Positions 1 to 12,759 of a DNA stretch of 64,000 nucleotides are shown in pieces (positions within the stretch are counted from its first letter, which is position 1; each line of letters opens with the position of its first letter). Location: positions 10,354,001-10,418,000 of the forward strand of contig JBHGNT010000006.1 of the NCBI GenBank assembly GCA_043228905.1, in the 5' to 3' direction. The notes beneath the pieces are model-generated. The model made no database searches and was not told the origin of the DNA. It saw nothing but the letters and a program-made list of their open reading frames with translations. A program made the position numbers and the translations under genes. The DNA is from Azolla caroliniana (lineage: Eukaryota > Plantae > Polypodiophyta).

Positions 1-624
1 CTAGTCTATGATTGGCAAAGTATTTTTGTGTCCACCAAGGAAGCGAAAGTATGAGAAAATTTTAAGAGTAAGTATAATTGCTCATGTAGGCTAAGGAATG
101 CAATACAATGTGGTTGCAACTACTCTATGATAAAAAAACTTTGATTGTGTCCCCTACATGTAAAATATGTGACATTGGCTTACAACCAATGGTCACGTCA
201 AAGTAAAAACAACTTTTATTGAAGAAGCTTCATGGTCATTTTCTCAATTTGCTAATGATCTATAATAAGTTTTATGAATTGTTTCACAGATGAAAATGTG
301 GCTGGTTTTGAACTCATGTATGATAACATAAGATTGTCTCTTCTATATCAAAATATGACAATGACTTAAAGATAGAAACATTTTTAGTATGGTGTAGTCA
401 ATTTACTAAAATGCTTCTTCCATAGTTAATGATCATCTCCATACATGGTTCATGATCATGAAGAAAGTTTAGGTATTTCACATATGAGAAAGGACAAATT
501 TGCCCTAAGTGCTCAACACACACATGGAATGTGGCAAATCGTAGCTACATCATATATGTTCAAATGGAATGTGGGAATTGTACGCACTTACTAGTAGAAC
601 ATTATTTTATGCTATATGGCAATT

Positions 625-642
625 CACACACACACACACACA
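625..642. repeat. (CA)9 microsatellite
   Basis: Direct read: cacacacacacacacaca. Confidence 0.9.
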
Positions 643-809
643 CCTATCATAAATAGCGCACTCTCACTTGTATCTCTTGAATTTTTACCTTTTCATACTA
701 CCTATTTCCCTCATTCCCTTAAAAATATGTGCTTTCCAAGGAAGGCTTTTGTGCAAAGGGTATCCAACTCTCATGACAAAGGGAGTGTAAATTGTGGGCT
801 AGTGAAAAT

Positions 810-1412
810 TCACATATAAAACTTCATGTTTGCATTTAATTTAGAGAAGAAATCAAGACCTGGAATTGGGGAGATTTTTGAAGCATCCGATGACCGAGAC
901 ATATAGAAGAAGTCTGGGTCGAGGGCCCTAGAGATGCCATGGATGACAATATTTTCATCGGAATAAAGATCTGGAGCCACGATTTCATGTTCATCGGCAA
1001 GAACAGCCATGCCAGAGTTGTTTATTCTAACAGTGCGACCAAGGAGCAAGGTTTGAAGGTCACCCTTGTTGATCAAGAGGAGGTCTTTGAATGTGTATCG
1101 AGAAGTAACAATGTGGTAAGCCACTCTATCCAAATCATGAGAAGAGGGGAATGCAACAGCTATGGAGTGGTTTAGAGGTAAAAATATTGTTGCAGAGGAA
1201 GGTAGGTTGAGATGATTTGTGAGAAGAATGAGATTGATGAGCAAGACTTGTGCAGGAGGCATGGGAGGGGATGAGAGAGGGAGAAAAGAATAATTTGGGG
1301 ACGATTTGGAAGAAGAAGAAGAATGCAAAGATTTTGCAAGGCAATGAATGAAAGAGAAGGGGAGAAAGACAAGGCTCCATAGCCATGCCCTTGTAGACAT
1401 CATCATCCTCAT
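810..1412 (-). CDS. Fasciclin (FAS1) domain protein, FLA-like, single exon, ~200 aa
   Basis: ORF from ATG 1412 (MRMMMSTRAWLWSLVFLPFSFIHCLA, signal-peptide-like), Ser/Pro-rich linker, then FAS1 motifs: H1 ATIFLP, central YHIV, LQTLL, APDLY, H2 IVIHGISRALDP. The ORF track extends to 1502, but 1412 fits a signal peptide better. Confidence 0.8.
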   Translation of the reverse strand: MRMMMSTRAWLWSLVFLPFSFIHCLAKSLHSSSSSKSSPNYSFLPLSSPPMPPAQVLLINLILLTNHLNLPSSATIFLPLNHSIAVAFPSSHDLDRVAYHIVTSRYTFKDLLLINKGDLQTLLLGRTVRINNSGMAVLADEHEIVAPDLYSDENIVIHGISRALDPDFFYMSRSSDASKISPIPGLDFFSKLNANMKFYM

Positions 1413-1460
1413 ATTTTGAAAACCCAAGAAATTCACAAAAAGATTGCATGGGACTACTTC

Positions 1461-1473
1461 TATATAATATATA
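1461..1473 (-). promoter_or_regulatory. Possible TATA box of the FAS1-domain gene
   Basis: TATATATTATATA on the minus strand, ~50 bp upstream of ATG 1412; positional inference only. Confidence 0.3.
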
Positions 1474-1706
1474 AACCTTTCCTTAAAGCATTTACTATAC
1501 ATTGTTATAGAACACCTAACCTTTTACCCATTTGACAATTGCATACTAATACAAAGCTTATTTCATTTTTGTGAGGGGGAGGGGAAGATGATGGTATATG
1601 AATGGAGACATGGAAGAAAGAGAGAGATCCATTGATGTGCTCATCCTTGCCACAACATTCTTGATACAAGCATGCATTCATGTAGAAGAGAAGATCAACC
1701 CTCTCC

Positions 1707-1726
1707 AAAAAAAAAAAAAAAAAAAA
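1707..1726. repeat. A20 homopolymer
   Basis: Direct read. Confidence 0.9.
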
Positions 1727-4700
1727 CAGGACAAAGGTTTCTGTGTTTTTGATGCGATTGTATTAAGATGGCACATATGCAACTAGTTTTAACCAAATGA
1801 CATTTCCTAGAAGAAAACATGTATTATTTTCACAAACTCAATCTTCATATTTTGATTGCTAATTATATACCCCAAACTATGAGCAATTACTTAACATCTT
1901 TGGAAAAGAGGCCCAACAGAAAATACCTGTATTAAGCTCATCGACATGTAATGTGCCAAACGTGGGAGTTAGATGCATGCGTCCTACCACATAAAAGAAA
2001 TAATGTTTGCATGACAATATCTTAATGGTATTGCAATGGATACTCCATGAGTCCTAAACATTGGAAGAAACTTTTATCATTATCAGAAGGAATTTTCTTG
2101 TTTGGAGGTGTTTTTCGTCAGCAAAAAAGAGTGCTTCCTTGTGGAGAAAATGGAAATTTCCTACATTAATCTATGTGTGTATATGTATATGAAAGATAAA
2201 CCAGATACATAGGTGGCCTACCACACAGGATTTAAAATGCTTGTGTTTCAAACACCTACTAAAATTTTGAACACCTAAAGTAATTTATCAACAAGCTAAG
2301 TGTAGGGTTCGACTTGATTGTGTTGTTGATAGTGGAGCATTTTATTTTGTGTAGGATTTTCGGAAAACCAAAAGACATGGTGGGGCAAAGAAGGCCTCCC
2401 CAGGTAAAAATGAAAAAAAGTGAAGCATTCAACCAACTATTTGTTGTGAGGTGGAATACTACTAATCATCTATCTTACTTTAAAGAAATGAGATGTTACA
2501 TTAAGAGTGCACAACTCTCGCATTGCATTAGTGTATTATTCATAAGGATTTCTTATTTCAAGATGCAAACTCGCAACCCTTTCACAAAAGACTATACCAT
2601 GTTTTGATTTACCAAGTCAATTAGTTGAATTAAGAAAAGACCAAACAAAAACTCCAAGATTGCAACAATGTTATTCATCTAAGCTAAAGCAAAATATTAC
2701 ATGAGTAATTAAAAGGCATTGCATGCACATTTATCATATTGTAAACATGATGCTACCTCTACTAGGTCATGATTACATGGAGCAAACACTTGCTAGGAAT
2801 TTTGTCAAGTTTATGGGAAAGATGAATATTCATCATAAACAACTATCCTAATTCTCATCAAGTTATTATTGTTGGACTCATTGGCAAGTAAAATGCATGG
2901 AGTGCTTGTCCCTAGAATCAACAAACACTATCTTTTTACAATATGAACCCACTATTCACCTAATTGTTCAGACAAGTTTGATGCGTCAATGAATAAGAGC
3001 TTGACTATGTGAATAAAGGGTGCCATATACTTTTTGTATATTCGAAAGAAAACTCACTTTATTTAGATAAATCTATTACCCTAGACAAACACAAACGTCC
3101 AGGTTCTCCTTTAAACTATAATTATTCAAAGGTAGGAAGCCTTCCCCCTTTGCAAATTAGGTGATAATTACTTTGTTCTTTGTTATGTATAGGGTTCATC
3201 CACAATACGGAAAATGGATTCCCTTTGCAAATATAGCCATAATTTCCTATATCTTCATAAAGAAACAATTGTATGCTAGCAAAATATGAGATATGTTAGG
3301 GTCACTATGTTAACCAACCATGTGAGCTAGAATAATGAGCACCTAGATGTCCGATTACTTCCTATAAAACCATGTGAGTTGGAAATTGTTATCTTTAAAA
3401 GGCATTTGATTGCGTGAAATAAAGTTTTGTGCTTCATATCTTGCCAACAAACCTATATATCTTTTCACTAATAATAAAGGAAGTCAATCATACATTTTAC
3501 ACGATTTACAACAAGTAATGTTTTGTGCCTACTTAACTTTTTCTCTAGAATTGTTACATTTTTAGGCAAAACAAGATGAATATGCACACAATGCCATTAG
3601 ATCTTGTAGGTTTTCTTAGTAAACGTGGATTTCCTATTTTCCTTCTTCTATCCACATGATGATTGAATCACTTCATTATTTGTAGATTTCCTTGTCTTCC
3701 TCTACAATGAAATGGTTTCTATCATTTAGTTGTAAATATCTCTCCTACTATCACATATAATGAATGCCTTCTTATGTGCACTATCATTGTTTTTCATGGT
3801 TCGTAATGCAAGAAAATGTAAACGTCATAGTTGCAAAAAACACATTTTAGAAGCAAACTCAATGCGTGCATTATTCCAAACAAAAATTACCAAGAGTATT
3901 TTAATGAACACATAATTGAACCCATTGCAAGTGATTGAAGCACACAACCTTACTACCACAAGACCAAGCTTAAAAAATTCAAGGTTGAGCCTTGAAATTT
4001 GAAGAAGTAGCCTTGTGGTAGATGTAATTATTAAGGCTCTTAATCGAGAAAATTGTGAGCTCTAAGAATGGCGTAATTAAATATGCAATCATGATCATAG
4101 TTGAAGAGAAATGTTAGGTTCATTTAAATATATAAACAAAGAATAAGTTATAATATAATGTGATACAATTAGTGAATCTCAACAATAAACTCATGTGATT
4201 ATGTCATTTAGTGAGTGATTACAAGATCAAGTGATAACCAATGCGTAAGAAGATGATTAATGAACTAAGAAAGATGTTAAAATAAAATAAGGAGGGTGTG
4301 CATGCGTGAAAAGAAGATGGTAGATATAACGTTAGAATGGGCTTGTAAACCTTGACAATTCATATTCTAATCCTCAAAAATTAGAGACTCAAGATGGAAG
4401 TTATCATAAGCACAAATAGGAAGATGATTTTTCCCTCCAACCCTTGTCTTTCCTACTGCAAGACGTTATTGATCCCACTCAAATTTCACAGTCACTCATG
4501 AATTATTGCAACATACTTTTTAAGCATTGACCCACCAATCAAGGGTGGACTTAAAGGGGAAGTAATTGATCATAAAAAAACATCCAATAATAGTCTTTTG
4601 CATGAAAGTCACCTGAATAGGTAGCTATAACTTTGCAATAGGTTCACTATACTAACAAAGCCATTGCCACCTCAACACGACAACCTTAAGCATGAATACA

Positions 4701-5049
4701 ATCCTTAGTATGTGTACAAATGACATTGGAATGGGCATAGAGCTTGGAAGTCACACAAGTCAAAATTGACCCCTAATCCTAGGTTTTGACATTGATTTTA
4801 CTTGAATGGCTATCCTTCGTCAGAATGAAGGGTAAATTTCTTCTGTGCTATAATTGAGTTCCATTTTCTACATTGAAATGAAAATGCTAATTCCTTTGCA
4901 CATGGAAAGCATGACAAATGATAGAGTGCTAATTCCAACACCAAAGCACAAGTTTAGATTCAACTTGTTACCACTTGAACAAAATTTGAGCCTAAATTAT
5001 TTTTTAGAATCTTGGCAACTCCACAATGTTTGTATGTAAACTTAGGCTA

Positions 5050-5919
5050 TTTTTTTAAAGCAATTGTTACAAACAAAATAGGATGTATAGAGTGTTTATT
5101 ACCTACTATGACCAATACGTGGTTAAAATTCACATAGTTACAAAATAGTAGCTCCAAGGGGGGAGTTACATATAAATATTCCATCCAACGGGATTGAATT
5201 TGGAGCACATTTCATCGGATTAACCTCTCTAACCACTAACCATTCAAATTCTAACCTCCAAAGCTCCAAGCAAATCCAAGCTAAAGGAATCTAACCTGCT
5301 CCAAAATAGGGAGAAAAGGAAAAGAGAGGAGGTGAATTCATTATTAGAATCTCAAAAATTAGGGAATCAAGCACCTAGGCTTTATCGATAAACATGATCA
5401 TGGGGCACTGAATTACAAGGGCACGTGGGAAAATGCCATAAGGCTATACATACAAGATATACCACAAATCCCCTTTATTTTTCTAAATTCTAATGATGGA
5501 CGAAAAAATAAATACTTTGGTGCTGAGTAAAACCACTCCACCGTATCAAAAAGTTGTCCATAAAATATACCTATGTCCTAGATGGCATGAAACTCCAAAT
5601 GCTTAAGCTCCGCTTGGTGTATATTACCTTTTATACTATCCAACAAACCTTTGAGATTATGCACAATCTCTGTCCAAATTCCAGAAATTATTTGGGCAGG
5701 TCTTTTAGTCACATTTTGAAATACCTTCAAACATCGAGCCTTCCAAATATACCAAATTGTAATACTACTTACCAATCGCCAAATTTGAGGTTTATTAGCA
5801 TGTATTTGTGGATTCAAAGGTATTAGTTTTTTTTCCATTGAACCATATCTCATCACAACCTCCAACTCCTCTTGTTCATATACCATAGGTTTATCATGTA
5901 CCACCACCCATAATACCGT
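5050..5919 (-). mobile_element. L1-type LINE, 3' fragment (ORF2 C-terminus and 3' UTR), decayed
   Basis: ORF 5578-5940 contains IWRLVSSITIWYIWKARCLKVF, the IWxIWKARN..VF motif typical of plant LINE ORF2 C-termini. It continues at 12899 across the S1 insertion. The 3' end (short A tract at ~5050) is approximate. Confidence 0.7.
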
Positions 5920-6329
5920 TGTCGTGAAGATTTTCGGCAATGGTGTGAAAATCGCATAGAACGTACAAAATCAAGTGTGGTTCTTCACACGAGACATGAA
6001 ACAATAATAGAGAAGATACTATTTTAGATTAGCTTAATATCTTGGTATGGGAAGATGGAGGTCTTCAAGAGCTTTCGAATGCTTTTCACTACATAAGAAA
6101 CGGACATCTAAGTGTCAAGTTATGTGGGTATAAAGTTTTGCAAAAGAAAAAAAGAGAAAAAAAAAACTGTGAAATATCCCACATAGATAGGAAAAGTTTA
6201 GGCTCCACCTATATAAGCAGATTGAGATCCATCATATTTCATCTATGTCTTAAGAGCACATAAGAAATAGTTGGACTTGAGCCACTTTTGTCTACTACGA
6301 CAATGGGACATATGTGGCTAATCGGTGAA

Positions 6330-6650
6330 GAAACTCAAACCGGCCGAAGACAAAACTGGACACTGGATGGAGCTGGCAACCGGCGACCGGCAATGGAACC
6401 GGTGATTGGTGAACGGCAACCGACGGCGGAACCAATGATCGGTGACTCGGCATCCGGCAAGGTTTTGGCCAACCAAAACCGGCGGCAACTAGTGGCGGAA
6501 CCGATTACCAGTGAGCGGCATCCGACGACGGATCCGGTGACAGAACCGATGACCCGACATCTGACGACCTCGGGATACGGACCAAACCGGCTCGGGATGT
6601 GGACCGAACCGGGCCAAACCGAACGAATGCAAATCGGTCGCAACGGTTGA
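6330..6650. repeat. GC-rich degenerate ~36-bp minisatellite inside S1
   Basis: Recurring units like cggcaaccgacggcggaaccgatgatcggtga. Confidence 0.65.
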
Positions 6651-6965
6651 TCGCGGTGGATGGTGTTTTAAAGATATTTGGTTCAAAAGCCTAATAGTAT
6701 TTTGTGCATAAAACAAAAAGATGTAAGCAAGACTCAAACTTAACACCTGCAAGATAGGAAGCAATAAACTTACCATTAAGCCAAACCATTTCTTTAGGGA
6801 TTATATTTTTATCATTGTAGCTTTACATGTAAATTCTCATATGTGAGAGCTTAGACGATGACATGGCAAGCATGCATTGCGTGCATGTCTTACACCCTCA
6901 CATGCACCATATGCATGGGGCATCTATAAAAGAGTGGAGGAATCAAGAAAAATGGGGGTATATTT

Positions 6966-7691
6966 TGTTAGGAAACAGGTCCTTCCGGATGGGAAGTGAG
7001 AAGAACAGTACTAATGAGCAAACTCGGCCGAGGCCGAAACCGGATGAGGAATACCTAGCCACGGAAGACCCGGTGAGAACCGGATGACGAGTACCCGGCT
7101 ACGGAGAGCCGGATGGTGCAGACCCGGTGAGAACTGGATGAGGAGTACCCAGAAACGGAAGACCTGGTGAGAACCAGATGACGAGTACCCGGCAAGTGCC
7201 GGATGATGCAGGCCCGGTGAGGAGTGCTCACCGGATGAAGGGACATATCCGTAAATATGTTTTCTGAGAGTCCATCGGGGTTATATTTGTAAATAGCCAA
7301 AAAGTCATATTAGTATAAATATGACTTAGGGAAAACCTCAGAGGGTTGTCATTCTTGTTGGCGCAAGATTAGAGCGTGCAACTGTGTACAGAGAGAGTGA
7401 GAGAGAGGAAGAGGTCGTTGCCTCTGATTGTAACCGCCGCCTGTGGCGAAGATAGCAAGCTCGAGGTCGTGGCCTTGGTGCTTTCTTATTGTACATTCTG
7501 ACATAGTGATAGTTCGCGGTCTGTGGGCTGCCGTGGTTTTTCCCAAGTTTGGGTTTTCCACGTAAACATTCTGTGTACTCTTCTCTCTATCGTGTTGTGT
7601 TTCATTCCCTATTTTTCTTTTCTTTTCTGTGTTTTATTCTAGGCTCGGTTGTGGCCGAGCGTTGAGTAAACGGAGCGTGTTGTTCCTGTCA
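6966..7691 (+). repeat. Copia E 5' LTR (726 bp)
   Basis: TG...CA termini, matches 11781 onward, has internal ccggatgaggagtaccc repeats and TATAAAT near 7314. Confidence 0.9.
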
Positions 7692-7694
7692 AAG

Positions 7695-7706
7695 TGGTAT
7701 CAGAGC
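7695..7706 (+). promoter_or_regulatory. PBS (tRNA-iMet) of Copia E
   Basis: TGGTATCAGAGC 3 nt after the LTR. Confidence 0.95.
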
Positions 7707-7721
7707 AAAACGACACAGACA

Positions 7722-10700
7722 ATGGACGATTCATTGGGAGGCATGTTCAAGCTCACCGGCTCCAACTATTCGGTGTGGAAGTCGAAGATGAGGGACATGC
7801 TCGTGGTTAAAGATCTTTGGTTGCCGGTTCAGTTCGGGGACAAGAGACCGGACAAGATCAACGCCACGATATGGGAGGTAATGCACATGAAGACAACGGC
7901 GTACATACGGTGCTTCATCGACATGAGCCTATACAACAACTTCAATGAAGAGAGCAAGGCTCATGAGCTCTGGGAGAAGATCGACATTATGTTTCAAAAC
8001 AAAAACACCGTTAACCAGGTGTCGGTATTCCGGAAGCTAGTAAGACTCCGATACCAAGTTGGCTCCAGCATGGCGGAGCACATGAATACCTTCCAGGGGC
8101 TGATCCACCAAGCAACACCATTGAAAGTACCTCTCGCCGATGAGGTACTAGTGCTACTCCTGCTCGGTTCCCTCCCAGATAGCTGGGAGACGTTGGTTGT
8201 CACCTTGGGCAACGCCGGGCCGGAAGGGAAACGGTTATCGCTAGCAAGAGTAAAGTCGAGCTTGCTAGATGAGGAGGCACGTCGGAAAGATAAAGATACG
8301 AGCTCCGACTCCAAAGCGCTCCTTACCGAATCGGAACGCGGAAGACAAAGGAACCGTAGTCCCCAGAACCGGGAAAAGTCGGGGACACGGTCAAAGTCAA
8401 GGGTGAGGCCTACTTGCTTCTATTGCGGCAAGCCGGGACACTTCCAGAAGAATTGTAGGCATTTCCGAAAGGACAAGGAAACCGACGGTACCGATTCGAA
8501 GCGGACATCAGATCGGAACGGTAAAGACTGGAGGGGGCCGGATCACAAGGGAACGACGACAATCGCGGCAAGTGAAGAAGAGTTGATGCTCATCACCAAG
8601 GAGAGTGAGATAAACCTCGCTGACGACGAGATGACCTGGGTGGTCGACTCCGGAGCGTCATTCCACCTTACCCCGGACCGGAAATGCTTCTCATCCTACT
8701 CAGTCGTTGATCACGGCTGTGTCCGGATGGGGAATGAAGGTACATGCCGAATTGTCGGCATGGGAGACGTGTGGCTATCAACACCAACTGCATGCAAGAT
8801 GCTGCTGAAGGATGTCCGACACGTGCCGGAGGTTCGTCTGAACCTGATATCAGCCGGTCGGCTAGATGATGAAGGCTACACGGGTAACATCTGGAACGGT
8901 GTTATGAAGTTCAGCAAAGGGAGCCTAATTGTGGCTCGGGCCTGGAAGGTAAACACGTTGTACCTGATGAATGTCCGATTATGTCCGGAGGAAGTGAACG
9001 TGGCATCCGATACTGCCGGTGAGCTGTGGCACAAGAGGTTGTGTCACATGAGCGAGAAGGGGATGAAGAGGCTTGCAGACGACAACCTCATTCCAGTGAA
9101 GAACATGCACTTGGAGAAGTGCATTGATTGTCTGGCCGGTAAACAAAACCGGACCTCTTTCCGATCGAGGCCACCGATGAGACGTAATGCACCACTGGAG
9201 TTGGTGCATACTGATGTGTGTCAAGTGGACACGAAGTCACATGCATGATCATAGTACTTCGTGACGTTCATAGATGACCACAACCGGAAGCTGTGGGCCA
9301 CACCGTTGAAGACGAAGGATCAGGTGTTATCCGTCTTCAAAGAGCTCCACGCGAGAGTGGAAAGAGAGACCGGCCGGAAGCTGAAGGCGGTTCGAGCAGA
9401 TAACGAAGGTGAATACCGGGGGCAGTTCGAGGAGTACTGTCGCTCGAAGGGAATCCGGCTCGAATTTACCATGCCGAAGACACCAGAACTAAACGGGCTA
9501 GCCGAGAGGATGACCCGGACCATAATGGAGAGGGTCCGGAGTATGCTAGCGCATGCAAAACTACCCAAAGAAGTTTTGGGCTGAGGCACTGTCGATGGCG
9601 ACATATGTGATAAACAGATCACCCTCAGTACCCTTGGACGGAGACACGCCACAGAGAGTATGGACCGGTAAGGAAGTATCCTACCGACATTTGAAGGTAT
9701 TTGGGTGTCTTGCGTATGTGCATGTAGCTAAGGACGAGAGAGAAAAACTAGATCCGAAGAACCGGCCATGCATATTCCTCGGTTACGACAACGATGAGTT
9801 CGGCTACCAAGTGTGGGACCTTGTCGACAAGAAGGTATTCCGGAGTCGAGATATTATCTTCATGGAGGACCAGACGCTCGCCGATTGGGAGTCGGAGAAG
9901 AAGATAATGAACTCCGAGTTGACCGGTAAGGATCGATTCTACGATGAGCAGACCCAACTGGCAGGAGATCGGTTAGCAGTCGAGGAACCAGCCGGTTACG
10001 GTGAGGATACCGAACCGACAGAAGAAGAAGTAGAGGAAGCTGAAACCAGAACCGGCCAAGACCCCGAATCGGATTCGGATGAAGAGAAAATGGAGGAGCC
10101 GGCTACCGAAGCCCAAAGACGGAGATATCCTCTCAGAGAGAGAAGAGCCCCTCAAAGATTTCTAGATGCAGAGCATGTGCTGCTAACCGATGAGGGGGGG
10201 CCAGAAAGCTTCGTAGAGGCGAAGGATGACACCCACATCCACAAATGGTTAAGTGCCATGCAGGATGAGATGGATTCCCTACATGAGAACCATACGTACG
10301 AATTGGTGGAGTTGCCGAAAGGAAAGCGGGCACTCCGAAATAAGTGGGTGTACAAGTTGAAACCGGGAGATGCCGGCAACCCCCCAAGATACAAAGCTAG
10401 GATCGTGGTGAAGGGGTTCCAACAGAAGAAGGGCGTGGACTTCGACAAGATATTTGCCCCGGTAGTAAAGATGACCTCCATCCGGACGGTGCTGAGTATA
10501 GCGGCAAGTATGGACCTCGAGGTAGAGCAGCTGGACGTGAAGACGACATTCCTTCACGGCGACCTCGAAGAGGAGATCTACATGCAGCAACCGGAAGGAT
10601 TCGTGGAGAAAGGGAAGGAGCACCTGGTATGCCGGTTGAAGAAGAGCATGTACGGACAGAAGCAGGCTCCTCGGCAATGGTACCGGAAGTTCGACTCCTT

Positions 10701-11770
10701 CATGACCGATCAAGGGTACCACAAAACGCAGGCCGATCACTGCGTGTTTGTGAAGAAGTTCGACGGAGGCGACTTCCTGATACTCCTTCTGTACGTGGAC
10801 GACATGTTGATCGTCGGACAGGACCAAGCCAAAATACAGGATGCTGAAGAAGGCTCTCAACCGGACCTTCTCAATGAAAGACTTGGGTCCGACAAGACAG
10901 ATGTTGGGGATGCATATCATCCGGAACCGGCCATCGAAGCAATTGTGGCTATCACAGGAGAAGTACGTGACAAAGGTGCTTCAACGGTTCAACATGTTGG
11001 AAGCGAAACCGGTCGGATCGACACTCTCGGCAAACTGTAGATTATCCGGTAAGCAAAGCCCGAAGATGAAAGCAGAGAAGGCTGATATGATGAAGATTCC
11101 ATATGCCTCTGCCGTCGGGAGCTTAATGTACGCAATGGTGTGTACCCGACCGGATATAGGATACGTAGTCGGAGTGGTGAGCCGGTTTATGAGCAATCCT
11201 GGCAAGGAGCACTGGAACGCAGTCAAATGGATACTCCGGTACTTGAAGGGCACTTCGAATATGTGTCTCCGATTCGGCTCCGGAAAACCTCAACTTGACG
11301 GTTTTACCGATTCCGACATGTCGGCTGATGTGGATACCAGCCGGTTCACATCCGGGTATGTAATGACATATGCAGGGGGAGCTGTTTCGTGGCAGTCGAG
11401 GCTGCAAAAGACGGTTGCATTGTCAACCACAGAGGCGGAGTACATGGCGGCTGTGGAAGCCAGCAAGGAAATATTATGGATGAAGGACTTCATCGGAGAG
11501 CTCGGTATCAGGCAAGATGAATACCGGCTCCATTGCGACAGTCAAAGTGCCATCCACCTTGCTAAGAATGCGGCCTACCATTCCCGGACGAAGCATATCC
11601 AACGAAGGTATCACTGGATCTGGGAAAGAGTAGATGACCAGAAGTTCGCGTTGACGAAGATCCACACGGCCGAGAACGGGTCTGATATGTTGACCAAAGT
11701 ATTGATACCCGACAAGTTGGATGCATGCCGGAAGCGGATTAGACTAGTAAGACATCCCATGTCGGAGTGA
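7722..11770 (+). pseudogene. Copia E gag-pol polyprotein, disrupted
   Basis: CX2CX4HX4C knuckle (CFYCGKPGHFQKNC), PR WVVDSGAS, GAG-pre-integrase LWHKRLCH, INT VHTDV/FIDD, RT LYVDDML, RH TEAEY. Stops near 9246-9254 and frameshifts near 9570 and 10838. Confidence 0.95.
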
Positions 11771-11780
11771 AGGGGGAGTT
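11771..11780 (+). promoter_or_regulatory. PPT of Copia E
   Basis: AGGGGGAGTT immediately before the 3' LTR TG. Confidence 0.9.
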
Positions 11781-11853
11781 TGTTAGGAAACATGTCCCTC
11801 CGGATGGGAAGTGAGAAGAACAGTACTAATGAGCAAACTCGGCCAAGGCCGAA

Positions 11854-12759
11854 ACCGGATGAGGAATACCCAACCACGGAACACCCAGTGAGAACCGGAT
11901 GGTGCAGACCCGGTGAGAATCGGATGAGGAGTACCCGGAAACGGAAGACCCGGTGAGAACCAGATGACGAGTACCCAGCAAGCGCCGGATGATGCAGGCC
12001 CGGTGAGGAGTGCTCACCGGATGAAGGGACATATCCGTAAATATGTTTTCTGAGAGTCCATCGGGGCTATATTTGTAAATAGCCGAAAAGTCATATTAGT
12101 ATAAATATGACTAAGGGCAAACCTCAGAGGGTTGTCATTCTTGTTGGCGCAAGATTAGAGCGTGCAACTGTGTACAGAGAGAGTGAGAGAGAGGAAGAGG
12201 TCGTTGCCTTTGATTGTAACCGCCGCCTATGGTGAAGATAGCAAGCTCGAGGTCGTGGCCTCGGTGCTTTCTTATTGTACATTCTAAATCTAAAGTCAAG
12301 CATTCTACCGGATGAGGAATACCCAACCACGGAACACCCAGTGAGAACCGGATGGTGCAGACCCGGTGAGAATCGGATGAGGAGTACCCGGAAACGGAAG
12401 ACCCGGTGAGAACCAGATGACGAGTACCCAGCAAGCGCCGGATGATGCAGGCCCGGTGAGGAGTGCTCACCGGACGAAGGGACATATCCGTAAATATGTT
12501 TTCTGAGAGTCCATCGGGGCTATATTTGTAAATAGCCGAAAAGTCATATTAGTATAAATATGACTAAGGGCAAACCTCAGAGGGTTGTCATTCTTGTTGG
12601 CGCAAGATTAGAGCGTGCAACTGTGTACAGAGAGAGTGAGAGAGAGGAAGAGGTCGTTGCCTTTGATTGTAACCGCCGCCTATGGTGAAGATAGCAAGCT
12701 CGAGGTCGTGGCCTCGGTGCTTTCTTATTGTACATTCTAAATCTAAAGTCAAGCATTCT
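11854..12759 (+). repeat. 453-bp tandem duplication covering the truncated E 3' LTR and 21 bp of S1
   Basis: 11854-12306 and 12307-12759 are near-identical; both end ...tacattctaaatctaaagtcaagcattct. Confidence 0.9.

Larger units (their letters stand above)
6966..12738 (+). mobile_element. Copia E: Ty1/Copia (Tnt1-like) LTR retrotransposon with truncated, partly duplicated 3' LTR
   Basis: 5' LTR 6966-7691 (TGTTAGG...TGTCA), PBS 7695, gag-PR-INT-RT-RH order, PPT 11771-11780, 3' LTR starting TGTTAGG at 11781. The 3' LTR end and right TSD are lost. Confidence 0.95.

Noticed and set aside
1-600. Possible coding or transposase remnant
   Set aside because: No sustained ORF or recognisable motif.
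2100-5040. Short ORFs and possible DNA-transposon debris
   Set aside because: AT-rich sequence with no domain motif or termini that I can support.
6288-6650. 120-aa repetitive ORF
   Set aside because: Product of the GC-rich minisatellite inside LTR S1; non-ATG start and no counterpart in S2.
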